Positions 11,929 through 25,000 of a stretch of 64,000 nucleotides of DNA are shown piece after piece. Made by a program: the position numbers and the translations under genes. Each line of letters begins with the position of its first letter. The first letter of the stretch is position 1. Location of the stretch: assembly GCA_964016885.1 (NCBI GenBank), contig OZ024744.1, positions 63,674,001 through 63,738,000 of the forward strand, read 5' to 3'. The stretch comes from Eledone cirrhosa. Taxonomy: Eukaryota. The notes beneath the pieces are model-generated. The model saw nothing but the letters and a program-made list of their open reading frames with translations, had not been told where the DNA came from and did not search any database.

Positions 11929-11934
11929 AATAAA
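11929..11934 (+). promoter_or_regulatory. Candidate polyadenylation signal AATAAA
   Basis: First AATAAA after the KDM2 stop. The context is AT-rich, so the real 3' UTR may be longer. Confidence 0.3.
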
Positions 11935-13088
11935 GAAAAAGAAAATTTTGTATTCAAAGCCAAAAGACTAGCTAAGGACTGAAATTATAGTTTATTACAT
12001 AATATACTGTGTGTGCTTAAAAGAAGCGTAGGACTTTGTGGACATGTTTGTGAAATGATTATTTTAAATATTTTCTGTTAGACAAAGCAGTCTTTTATAA
12101 AAAATTTTTTTCGTCAGTCTGCTTCTAAAAAACTGCTGGCATAATGAAAATATGGAAAAGACATTGTAATTGTCAAGTAATTCCAAATTAAATTTCTCAT
12201 TTATCTAATGAAGAGCTATATTAATTGATTAGTTGTTAATTGAAGGTGTTTTTATTGGGAAATCAATGTTTTTGCCACTATTTTGTCTGTAGATTGTACC
12301 CTATGATGCAATTTCTTGGTTTATTTCCTGTTTTAATTTAAATGACAGTAATCTGGAAAAAAGTTTTTTTTTTTTCCCCTACTGGAATTAAGATTTTATG
12401 TTCTGTTCAAAATATTGCATATTCATTGCTTAATGTTCCATTAATTCCATAATTAATTATTCCTCTTTAATTATTGATTGCCTCAAGAAAAACTGATTTC
12501 TTTTTTTTTTTTTTTTTTTTTTTTTTCTCCAATGTACCATTAAGAGTATCAGAATTTACTCTATGGTTGGTTCCAGCTGTGTTTCATACACAACCTTTTA
12601 GATTTTTTTTTTAATGGGGTCGTTTCTGTTATGCTATGTTAAGGGCGACAAGTTTATTAATGAGTAATAATTTTTAAAAAATACTAAGTAACTGATGTAA
12701 AATGTTGAAACTCGTCCTTTAGAAAATATTTATTGGAAACTTGGAAATGTTTCCTTTTTATATTTGATTATGTATATCTGAGGCAAATCATTTTTACTTA
12801 AATATTTACTCACAATCTACCCGAATTACTGGTATCTTGATACCTACAACTTCCCCTTGGATACTTCACCCTCCCCTTAATTCTATATACTAAAAAGGTT
12901 CTGTAGAATTACTAAAAAATGTAACCAACAATTTTCATGTTTCATAAAGTATTCAAAATGTTGAAGTTTTGTTCTGGGTTTGTTTCCTTATAGATCTTCA
13001 CTTTCAACTCTAGTTATACATACACACACACACTAAAATTATTAAATTTGTTCCTTCATACAAGTGAATTGATTGAATCCCACTAGAG

Positions 13089-13218
13089 CAGGGTTTCCCA
13101 AACTTTCAAATGTGGAACCCTTTTTGGTTCACAAAATCTTTGGGGAACCCCAAAGTATACTACTGTTATATGGTCTTAATATAAATATTCTATTCTACCT
13201 TTTCTCATGGAACCACTG
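13089..13218. mobile_element. Truncated hAT (Charlie-like) MITE end
   Basis: cactagag|cagggtttcccaaactt terminus with repeated ggaacc subterminal motifs. Second TIR not found. Confidence 0.45.
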
Positions 13219-13712
13219 CACGAGAGGAAAGGTTAGGGTGATATAAATTAAACTTTAATGATTTACAACATTTTATGTTGACTTCTTGAGCAAGGAATAT
13301 AACTCTTGCTAGTTCTAGTACACTAGATAAGTATGGAATAAGTTCCTCTTAAAGAGGCCAGTAGTAGCCTGGTCTGTAAAAACAATTATTGCCATTTATA
13401 AAAGTCATCCCACACTTAAGAACAACAAATATGAAATTGTAAATCCTGCATTTTGCAGGCAATGTTATTGGTTATAGCTTTCCAACTGGCCAATGGCAAG
13501 AGTGACATGTAATGTAGAGTGACCGCTACTAATTTTATTGGATTTATCATTTATTTTTGTGTAACTATATATATATCAACATTTAATGTTCGTTTTACCT
13601 GCTGTTGTCACACCAAGTCAGTATTTAATCAGAGCCAATGATCTCTTAGATAGGGTGGGACCTCATCTTGCTGACATATGTTCCCCGTTCACTGTGTATT
13701 TTATGAAAACAC

Positions 13713-13872
13713 CAGCTAGGTGGACTGTTGACAGGAGTCTTGGTCATAGACATAGTACAGTGAACTATACCACACTGTGGTACTGACTTACAGCTAGATG
13801 GATTGTTGGCAGCTAAGTCTCTTGGTCATAGACACAGTATAGTGAACTATATCACACTGTGGTATATACTTA
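13713..13872 (-). repeat. Two orphan, diverged monomers of the 82-bp satellite
   Basis: cagctaggtggactgttgacag...tagacatagtacagtgaactataccacactgtggtac is the reverse complement of the main-array monomer. Confidence 0.9.
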
Positions 13873-14204
13873 GCAAATTTTCTATGAGAAGTGGTTATTA
13901 GCTCCTCACTCAATTCATCTCCATTTCTGAAGAAAGACACACTGAAGGTATCTTAGAATTATTTTTATGGTTCAATGGAGTTGATTCTGAAAGTAGAAAC
14001 TTTACTGATAGTATTGATTTTGAATCCCATTGTGATGAAAGGTAGAATTAACTTCAAAGTTCTTGCAACTCAAGAGTGCAGAAAGCAGAAATGAATACAA
14101 GGGATTCTATTCAGTGCTTAAAAGACTTTACTGATTCACTCTAACCTTTCTGATACCAAACCCCCTAAAACCACTCGTGGTTCAACAATACAAAACTGCT
14201 TGAA

Positions 14205-14348
14205 CCCTTCAGCATTTACATTACTCTCTATTTACTACTGTATTTTCGTGGTAAAGGCTTTATTTGACATAAAAGTCTGAAGAGCCAGTTACAGCTGGTC
14301 TGAACAGAAAGAGGTGAGAGAATTCTGGCCGGTTTAAATGCTAAAGGG
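14205..14348. mobile_element. piggyBac MITE sharing TIRs with 59-1483 and body with 63584-63804
   Basis: cccttcagcattta ... taaatgctaaaggg. Internal gaacagaaagaggtgagagaattctggccgg is identical in the 63.7-kb copy. Confidence 0.85.
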
Positions 14349-14694
14349 TTCAAGTGTTTATCACCATTTTCAACGACATCACTGTTTAACATTTTTTCCA
14401 TGCTTGCATGGGTTTGACAGGCTGTCACGTTATGAGGTCTGGCAAGTCAGGCGGCCATGCCTTGCTAATACAATCAGTTTTTGGCTTGTTTTTTTTATGG
14501 TTTGATGCTCTTCCTAATACCAACTACATGACAGTATGTACTGGGAGCATTTTTGTGACACCATCATTACCAGCTTACTGGGTGCTTTTTATTGCGATAC
14601 CAGTACAACCACCTCACATAAGCTTCCTCATATCACTAGCACTATGATCATTTTATGGAAGACCTTTTAAGTTACATTGGAATCACCAGATGAA

Positions 14695-14960
14695 TGATGA
14701 GAAAGTTACATTATGAAACACTTCCAAATTCTTGATTCTTCTTTGCCCAATTTTTCTTGGGATGGTCAAAGGGGCAGTCTTCAAACACTCCTTCCAGCAG
14801 ATCCTGTCAGAAGCAACTGTCTCTAATAGATCGAGCTGGATCCTCAAGCGAAACCAGCTGAGCTCATACATGTTATCCAACCATCATACTCTGTGTCTTT
14901 TGTCATTGGCTTTACCCATAAAATCTGTTCAGTGATCTTTTGAGACATTCGAACCCCATG
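14695..14960 (-). mobile_element. 3' fragment of an RTE-clade LINE
   Basis: Minus-strand DNMYELSWFRLRIQLDLLETVASDRICWKECL is paralogous to the end of the 15180-15770 fragment. Confidence 0.65.
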
Positions 14961-15179
14961 TCCACAATATCAGGACTGGGATCTTGAATATTTTCAATAT
15001 TTGAAACATATTGGAATTGTATTTCATTAAAGATAAGGTAATGAAAGAGTTATCATCACTTTATAATCCCTGTTAATATATCCTTTTAATTTTGGCTGTT
15101 GAAAGTGTTGAAAGGATTTGATCCATCCAACTTAATACTTTTTTCATTGTCATCACTTTCACATTTATAAAGGGGATTT

Positions 15180-15770
15180 GTGGCATTCATACCTTTCTCA
15201 AAACCTTTTCAAAGGGTAGTTCAATTCTACTTCTTCGCCTAATTATACCTGGGGATCTTGGGAGTCCTCAAACAATCCTTCCAGTGGGTCCTATCAGAAG
15301 CAACCGTCTTTAATTGTTCCAGCTGGATCCCCCAAGTGAAACCAGTTGAGCTCATGGATGTTATCCAAACATTTTGCTTTGGGTCTCCTGCCGGCTGGTT
15401 TTATTTGTAAAATCTGTCTAGCTATTCTTTCCTGAGACATTCTATCGGAGCTGTGATATCTCAATTTGTAGACGTAGCGGGTCCACTTAGAGTATCTTGA
15501 GTAATGTTACTCCAAAGACCCTTCGGAGGAACCCCATTTGGCTGCATGTGTTCATCATCATATTCTTTCAGTCATTACCCAAGATTCATGACCATGGGTA
15601 ACGATTAGCACAAATACCGAATTGAAGATAGCCAGTTTAGCTTTTACACCTAACTCCCTTATTATTACCAAATGCTGAAGCTGTCGCATTACTGCACCTG
15701 CTCCTGCAATTCTCGCACTTAATTCAGTCTCATGCCGAGATACATGAACTTCTCCACTTACTTTAGAGGA
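15180..15770 (-). mobile_element. Degenerate 3' part of an RTE-clade (Rex3-like) LINE
   Basis: Minus strand reads RIAGAGAVMRQL...ELGVKAKLAIFNSVFVLIVTHGHESWVMTER...GFLRRVFGVT, the post-RT region of RTE elements, with stops and frameshifts. Confidence 0.8.
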
Positions 15771-16033
15771 ACTCTATAATTAATTTTGAAAATAACCAAA
15801 TTGTTGGTTAGTAATTTCTAAAGTAAAATTATAATGAAAGCTATAATTGTGAGAATTAACATTTTAGAATTGGAAATTTTGTGTCTACTGTTTTCATACC
15901 AGAGTACCTGAAACCTAAAGGGCTTAGATTAAGGGTGGATCAGAAACAAACTCAAAATCAATCAGCTAGTGTGGCCTATGCCTTGTTTATTTACGTAACT
16001 ATTGCAGATAGAAAGGTGTTAAACAACACATAT

Positions 16034-19000
16034 AACAGTCAACCTAACTGAAAATAAGTAGCAGTGTGGAATAGTTCGTAGACACTACAGTGAACTATAC
16101 CACACTGTGGTACCTACTTACAGCTAGGTGGACTGTTGACAGTGGAGTGTCTTGGTTATAGACACAGTACAGTGAACTATACCATACTGTGGTACATACA
16201 GCTAGGTGGACTGTTGACAGTGGAGTGTCTTGGTTATAGACACAGTACAGTGAACTATACCATACTGTGGTACTTACTTACAGCTAGGTGGACTGTTGAC
16301 AGTTAAGTGTCTTAGTTATAGACACACTACAGTGAACTATATCACACTGTGGTACCTACTTACAGCTAGGTGGACTGTTGACAGTTAAGTGTCTTGGTTA
16401 TAGACACAGTACAGTGAACTATACCACACTGTGGTACATACTTACAGCTTAGGTGGACTGTTGACAGTTAAGTGTCTTGGTTATAGACACAGTACAGTGA
16501 ACTATACCACACTGTGGTACATACTTACAGCTTAGGTGGACTGTTGACAGTTAAGTGTCTTGGTTATAGACACAGTACAGTGAACTATACCACACTGTGG
16601 TACCTACTTACAGCTAGGTGGAGTGTCTTGGTTATAGACACAGTACAGTAAACTATACCACACTGTGGTACCTACATACAGCTAGGTGGACTGTTGACAG
16701 TGGAGTGTCTTGGTTATAGACACATTACAGTGAACTATACACACTGTGGTACCTAGTTTAAGCTAGGTGGACTGGACTGTTGACAGTTAAGTGTCTTGGG
16801 CATAGAGACAATAGTGAACTATATCACACTGGAGGTACCACTGTGTGATATACTACACTCTACTGTGTCTGTAACCAAGACACCTGACAACAGTCCACCT
16901 AGATATGCGTAGGTACCAGAGTGTGGTATAGTTCACTGTACTATGTCTATAACTAAGACACTTAACTGTCAACAGTCCAACTAGCTGTAAGTAGGTACCA
17001 CAGTGTGGTATAGTTCACTGTACTGTGTCTATGATCAACACATTTAACTGTCAACAGTCCACCTAGTTGTAGGTAGGTACCACAGTGTGGTATAGTTCAC
17101 TGTACTGTGTCTATAACCAAGACACTCCACTGTCCAGTCCACCTAGCTGTAAGTAGGTGCTACAGTGTGGTATAGTTCACTGTACTGTGTCTATAACCAA
17201 GACACTCCACTGTCAACAGTCCACCTAGGTATAAGTAGGTACCACAGTGTGGTATAGTTCACGGTACTGTGTCTATAACCAAGACACTTAACTGTCAACA
17301 GTGCACCTAGCTGTAAGTAGGTACCACAGTGTGGTATAGTTCACTGTTCTGCGTCTATAACCAAGACACTTAACTGTCAACAGTGCACCTAGCTGTAAGT
17401 AGGTACCACAGTGTGGTATAGTTCACTGTACTGTGTCTATAACTAAGACACTTAACTGTCAACAGTCCACCTAGCTGTAAGTAGGTACCACAGTGTAGAA
17501 TAGTTCACTGTACTGTGTCTATAACCAAGATACTCCACTGTCAACAGTCCACCTAGCTGTAAGTAGGTACCACAGCGTGATATAGTTCACGGTACTGTGT
17601 CTATAACCAAGACAGTCCACTGTCAACAGTCCACCTAGCAGTCAGTAGGTACCACAGTGTGGTATAGTTCACTGTACTGTGTCTATAACCAAGACACTTA
17701 ACTGTCAACAGTTCACCTAGTTGTAAGTAGGTAACATAGTGTGGTATAGTTCACTGACTGTGTCTATAACTAAGATACTCCACTGTCAACAGTCCACCTA
17801 GTTCACTGTACTGTGTCTATAACCAAGATACTTAACTGTCAACAGTCCACCTAGTTATGACTAGGTACCACAGTTTGGTATAGTTCACTGTACTGTGTCT
17901 AAAGACAAGACACTTAACTGTCAACAGTCCACCTAGCTGTAAGTAGGTACCACTGTGTGGTATAGTTAACTGTACTGTGTCTATAACCAAGACACTCCAC
18001 TGTCAACAGTCCAGTCCACCTAGCTGTAAGTAGGTACCACAGTGTGGTATAGTTCACTGTACTGTGTCTATAACTAAGATACTTAACTCTCAACAGTCCA
18101 GTCCACCTAGCTGTAAGTAGGTACTACAGTGTGGTATAGTTCACTGTACTGTGTCTATAACCAAGACACTTAACTGTCAACAGTGCACCTAGCTGTAAGT
18201 AGGTACCACAGTGTGGTATAGTTCACTGTACTGTGTCTATAACCAAGACACTTAACTGTCAACAGTGCACCTATCTGTAAGTAGGTACCACAGTGTGGTA
18301 TAGTTCACTGTACTGTGTCTATAACCAAGACACTCCACTGTCAACAGTCCACCTAGCTGTAAGTAGGTACCATAGTGTGATATAGTTCACTGTACTGTGT
18401 CTATAGCTAAGGCACTTAACTGTCAACAGTCCCCCTAGCTATAAGTAGGTACCATAGTGTGGTATAGTTCACTGTACTGTATCTATAACCAAGGCACTTA
18501 ACTGTCAACAGTCCACCTAGCTGTAAGTAGGTACCACAGTGTGGTATAGTTCACTGTACTGTGTCTATAACCAAGAAACTCCACTGTCAACAGTCCACCT
18601 AGCTGTAAGTAGGTACCACAGCGTGATATAGTTCACGGTACTGTGTCTATAACCAAGACATTCCACCTAGCTTTAAGTAGGTACCACAGTGTGGTATAAT
18701 TCATGGTACTGTGTCTATAACCAAGACACTTAACTGTCAACAGTCCACCTAGCTGTAAGTAGGCACCACAGTGTGGTATAGTTTACTGTACTGTGTCTAT
18801 AACTAAGATACAGCTAGGTAGACTGTTGACAGTGGAGTAAGTAGGTACCACAGTGTGATTTAGTTCACTTTACTGTGTCTATAACCAAGACACTTAACTG
18901 TCAACAGTTCACCTAGTTGTAAGTAGGTAACATAGTGTGGTATAGTTCACTGACTGTGTCTATAACTAAGATACTCCACTGTCAACAGTCCACCTAGCTG

Positions 19001-22000
19001 TAAGTAGGTACCACAGTGTGATATAGTTCACTGTACTTTGTCTATAACCAAGATACTTAACTGTCAACAGTCCACCTAGCTGTAAGTAGGTACCACAGTG
19101 TGATATAGTTCACTGTACTGTGTCTATTACCAAGACACTTAACTGTCAACAGTCCACCTAGCTATAACTAGGTATCACAGTGTGGTATAGTTCACTGTAC
19201 TGTGTCTAAAGACAAGACACTTAACTGTCAACAGTCCACCTAGCTGTAAGTAGGTACCACAGTGTGGTATATTTCACTATACTGTGTCTATAACCAAGAC
19301 ACTCCACTGTCAACAGTCCACCTAGCTGTATGTAGGTACCACAGTGCGGTATAGTTCACTGTACTGTGTCTATAACCAAGACACTCCACTGTCAACAGTC
19401 CACCTAGCTGTAAGTATGTAACACAGTGTGTATAGTTCACTGTACTGTGTCTATAACCAAGACACTCCACTGTCAACAGTCCACCTAGCTGTAAGTAGGT
19501 ACCACAGTGTGGTATAGTTCACTGTACTGTGTCTATAACCAAGACACTTAACTGTCAACAGTCCACCTAGCTGTAAGTAGGTACCACCGTGTGGTATAGT
19601 TAACTGTACTGTGTCTATAACCAAGACACTCCACTGTCAACAGTCCAGTGCACCTAGTTGTAAGTAGGTAACATAGTGTGGTATAGTTCACTGACTGTGT
19701 CTATAACCAAGACACTCCATTGTCAACAGTGCACCTAGCTGTAAGTAGGTACCACAGTGTGGTATAGTTCACTGTACTGTGTCTATAACCAAGACACTCC
19801 ACTGTCAACAGTCCAGTGCACCTAGTTGTAAGTAGGTAACATAGTGTGGTATAGTTCACTGTACTGTGTCTATAACCAAGACACTCCACTGTCAAAAGTC
19901 CACCTAGCTGTAAGTAGGAACCACAGTGTGGTATAGTTCACTGTACTGTGTTTATAACCAAGACACTCCACAGTCAACAGTCCACCGAGCTGTAAGTAGG
20001 TACCACTGTGTGGTATAGTTCACGGTACTGTGTCTATAACCAAGACACTTAACTGTCAACAGTCCAGTCCACCTAACCGTAAGTAGGTACCACAGTGTGG
20101 TATAGTTCACTGTACTGTGTCTATAACTAAGACACTTAACTGTCAACAGTCCACCTAGCTGTAAGTAGGTACCACAGTGTAGAATAGTTCACTGTACTGT
20201 GTCTATAACCAAGATACTCCACTGTCAACAGTCCACCTAGCTGTAAGTAGGTACCACAGCGTGATATAGTTCACGGTACTGTGTCTATAACCAAGACAGT
20301 CCACTGTCAACAGTCCACCTAGCAGTCAGTAGGTACCACAGTGTGGTATAGTTCACTGTACTGTGTCTATAACCAAGACACTTAACTGTCAACAGTTCAC
20401 CTAGTTGTAAGTAGGTAACATAGTGTGGTATAGTTCACTGACTGTGTCTATAACTAAGATACTCCACTGTCAACAGTCCACCTAGTTCACTGTACTGTGT
20501 CTATAACCAAGATACTTAACTGTCAACAGTCCACCTAGTTATGACTAGGTACCACAGTTTGGTATAGTTCACTGTACTGTGTCTAAAGACAAGACACTTA
20601 ACTGTCAACAGTCCACCTAGCTGTAAGTAGGTACCACTGTGTGGTATAGTTAACTGTACTGTGTCTATAACCAAGACACTCCACTGTCAACAGTCCAGTC
20701 CACCTAGCTGTAAGTAGGTACCACAGTGTGGTATAGTTCACTGTACTGTGTCTATAACTAAGATACTTAACTCTCAACAGTCCAGTCCACCTAGCTGTAA
20801 GTAGGTACTACAGTGTGGTATAGTTCACTGTACTGTGTCTATAACCAAGACACTTAACTGTCAACAGTGCACCTAGCTGTAAGTAGGTACCACAGTGTGG
20901 TATAGTTCACTGTACTGTGTCTATAACCAAGACACTCCACTGTCAACAGTCCAGTGCACCTAGTTGTAAGTAGGTAACATAGTGTGGTATAGTTCACTGT
21001 ACTGTGTCTATAACCAAGACACTCCACTGTCAAAAGTCCACCTAGCTGTAAGTAGGAACCACAGTGGGGTATAGTTCACTGTACTGTGTTTATAACCAAG
21101 ACACTCCACAGTCAACAGTCCACCGAGCTGTAAGTAGGTACCACTGTGTGGTATAGTTCACGGTACTGTGTCTATAACCAAGACACTTAACTGTCAACAG
21201 TCCAGTCCACCTAACCGTAAGTAGGTACCACAGTGTGGTATAGTTCACTGTACTGTGTCTATAACTAAGACACTTAACTGTCAACAGTCCACCTAGCTGT
21301 AAGTAGGTACCACAGTGTAGAATAGTTCACTGTACTGTGTCTATAACCAAGATACTCCACTGTCAACAGTCCACCTAGCTGTAAGTAGGTACCACAGCGT
21401 GATATAGTTCACGGTACTGTGTCTATAACCAAGACAGTCCACTGTCAACAGTCCACCTAGCAGTCAGTAGGTACCACAGTGTGGTATAGTTCACTGTACT
21501 GTGTCTATAACCAAGACACTTAACTGTCAACAGTTCACCTAGTTGTAAGTAGGTAACATAGTGTGGTATAGTTCACTGACTGTGTCTATAACTAAGATAC
21601 TCCACTGTCAACAGTCCACCTAGTTCACTGTACTGTGTCTATAACCAAGATACTTAACTGTCAACAGTCCACCTAGTTATGACTAGGTACCACAGTTTGG
21701 TATAGTTCACTGTACTGTGTCTAAAGACAAGACACTTAACTGTCAACAGTCCACCTAGCTGTAAGTAGGTACCACTGTGTGGTATAGTTAACTGTACTGT
21801 GTCTATAACCAAGACACTCCACTGTCAACAGTCCAGTCCACCTAGCTGTAAGTAGGTACCACAGTGTGGTATAGTTCACTGTACTGTGTCTATAACTAAG
21901 ATACTTAACTCTCAACAGTCCAGTCCACCTAGCTGTAAGTAGGTACTACAGTGTGGTATAGTTCACTGTACTGTGTCTATAACCAAGACACTTAACTGTC

Positions 22001-25000
22001 AACAGTGCACCTAGCTGTAAGTAGGTACCACAGTGTGGTATAGTTCACTGTACTGTGTCTATAACCAAGACACTCCACTGTCAACAGTCCACCTAGCTGT
22101 AAGTAGGTACCATAGTGTGATATAGTTCACTGTACTGTGTCTATAGCTAAGGCACTTAACTGTCAACAGTCCCCCTAGCTATAAGTAGGTACCATAGTGT
22201 GGTATAGTTCACTGTACTGTATCTATAACCAAGGCACTTAACTGTCAACAGTCCACCTAGCTGTAAGTAGGTACCACAGTGTGGTATAGTTCACTGTACT
22301 GTGTCTATAACCAAGAAACTCCACTGTCAACAGTCCACCTAGCTGTAAGTAGGTACCACAGCGTGATATAGTTCACGGTACTGTGTCTATAACCAAGACA
22401 TTCCACCTAGCTTTAAGTAGGTACCACAGTGTGGTATAATTCATGGTACTGTGTCTATAACCAAGACACTTAACTGTCAACAGTCCACCTAGCTGTAAGT
22501 AGGCACCACAGTGTGGTATAGTTTACTGTACTGTGTCTATAACTAAGATACAGCTAGGTAGACTGTTGACAGTGGAGTAAGTAGGTACCACAGTGTGATT
22601 TAGTTCACTTTACTGTGTCTATAACCAAGACACTTAACTGTCAACAGTTCACCTAGTTGTAAGTAGGTAACATAGTGTGGTATAGTTCACTGACTGTGTC
22701 TATAACTAAGATACTCCACTGTCAACAGTCCACCTAGCTGTAAGTAGGTACCACAGTGTGATATAGTTCACTGTACTTTGTCTATAACCAAGATACTTAA
22801 CTGTCAACAGTCCACCTAGCTGTAAGTAGGTACCACAGTGTGATATAGTTCACTGTACTGTGTCTATTACCAAGACACTTAACTGTCAACAGTCCACCTA
22901 GCTATAACTAGGTATCACAGTGTGGTATAGTTCACTGTACTGTGTCTAAAGACAAGACACTTAACTGTCAACAGTCCACCTAGCTGTAAGTAGGTACCAC
23001 AGTGTGGTATATTTCACTATACTGTGTCTATAACCAAGACACTCCACTGTCAACAGTCCACCTAGCTGTATGTAGGTACCACAGTGCGGTATAGTTCACT
23101 GTACTGTGTCTATAACCAAGACACTCCACTGTCAACAGTCCACCTAGCTGTAAGTATGTAACACAGTGTGTATAGTTCACTGTACTGTGTCTATAACCAA
23201 GACACTCCACTGTCAACAGTCCACCTAGCTGTAAGTAGGTACCACAGTGTGGTATAGTTCACTGTACTGTGTCTATAACCAAGACACTTAACTGTCAACA
23301 GTCCACCTAGCTGTAAGTAGGTACCACCGTGTGGTATAGTTAACTGTACTGTGTCTATAACCAAGACACTCCACTGTCAACAGTCCAGTGCACCTAGTTG
23401 TAAGTAGGTAACATAGTGTGGTATAGTTCACTGACTGTGTCTATAACCAAGACACTCCATTGTCAACAGTGCACCTAGCTGTAAGTAGGTACCACAGTGT
23501 GGTATAGTTCACTGTACTGTGTCTATAACCAAGACACTCCACTGTCAACAGTCCAGTGCACCTAGTTGTAAGTAGGTAACATAGTGTGGTATAGTTCACT
23601 GTACTGTGTCTATAACCAAGACACTCCACTGTCAAAAGTCCACCTAGCTGTAAGTAGGAACCACAGTGTGGTATAGTTCACTGTACTGTGTTTATAACCA
23701 AGACACTCCACAGTCAACAGTCCACCGAGCTGTAAGTAGGTACCACTGTGTGGTATAGTTCACGGTACTGTGTCTATAACCAAGACACTTAACTGTCAAC
23801 AGTCCAGTCCACCTAACCGTAAGTAGGTACCACAGTGTGGTATAGTTCACTGTACTGTGTCTATAACCAAGACACTTAACTGTCAACAGTCCACCTAGCT
23901 GTAAGTAGGTACCACATTGTGATATATTTCACTGTACTGTGTCTATAACCATGACACTCCACTGTCAACAGTCCAGTCCACCTAGCTGTAAGTAGGTACC
24001 ACAGTGTGGTATAGTTCACTGTACTGTGTCTATAACTGAGATACTTAACTGTCAACAGTCCACCTAGCTGTATGTAGGTACCACAGTGCGGTATAGTTCA
24101 CTGTACTGTGTCTATAACCAAGATACTCCACTGTCAACAGTTCACCGAGCTGTAAGTAGGTACCACAGTGTGGTATAGTTCACTGTACTGTGTCTATAAC
24201 CAAGACACTCCACTGTCAACAGTCCACCTAGCTGTAAGTAGGTACCACAGTGTGATATAGTTCACTGTACTGTGTCTATAATTAAGACAACTGTCAACAG
24301 TCCACCTAGCTGTAAGTAGGTAACATAGTGTGGTATAGTTCACTGTACTGTGTCTATAACTGAGATACTTAACTGTCAAAAGTCCAGTCCACTCAGCTGT
24401 AAGTAGGTGCCACAGTGTGATATAGTTCACTGTACTGTGTCTATAAGCAAGACACTCTACTGTCAACCGTCCACCTAGCTGTAAGTAGATACCACAGTGT
24501 GATATAGTTCACAGTACTGTGTCTATAACCAAGACACTTAACTGTCAACAGTGCACCTAGCTGTAAGTAGGTTACACAGTGTGGTATAGTTCACTGAACT
24601 GTGTCTATAACCAAGACACTTAACTGTCAACAGTCCATTCCACCTAGCCGTATGTAGGTACCACAGTGTGATATAGTTCCCTGTACTGTTTCTATAACCA
24701 AGACACGCCACTGCCAACAGTCCAGTCCACCTAGCTGTAAGTATGTACCATAGTGTGGTATAGTTCACTGTACTGTGTCTATAACCAAGACACTTAACTG
24801 TCAACAGTCCAGTCCACCTAGCCGTAAGTAGGTACCACAGTGTGATATAGTTCACTGAACTGTGTCTATAACTAAGACACTCCACTGTCAACAGTCCACC
24901 TAGCTGTAAGTAGGTACCACTGTGTTGTATAGTTCAATGTACTATGTCTATAACCAAGACACTTAACTGTCAACAGTCTACCTAGCTGTAAGTAGGTACC

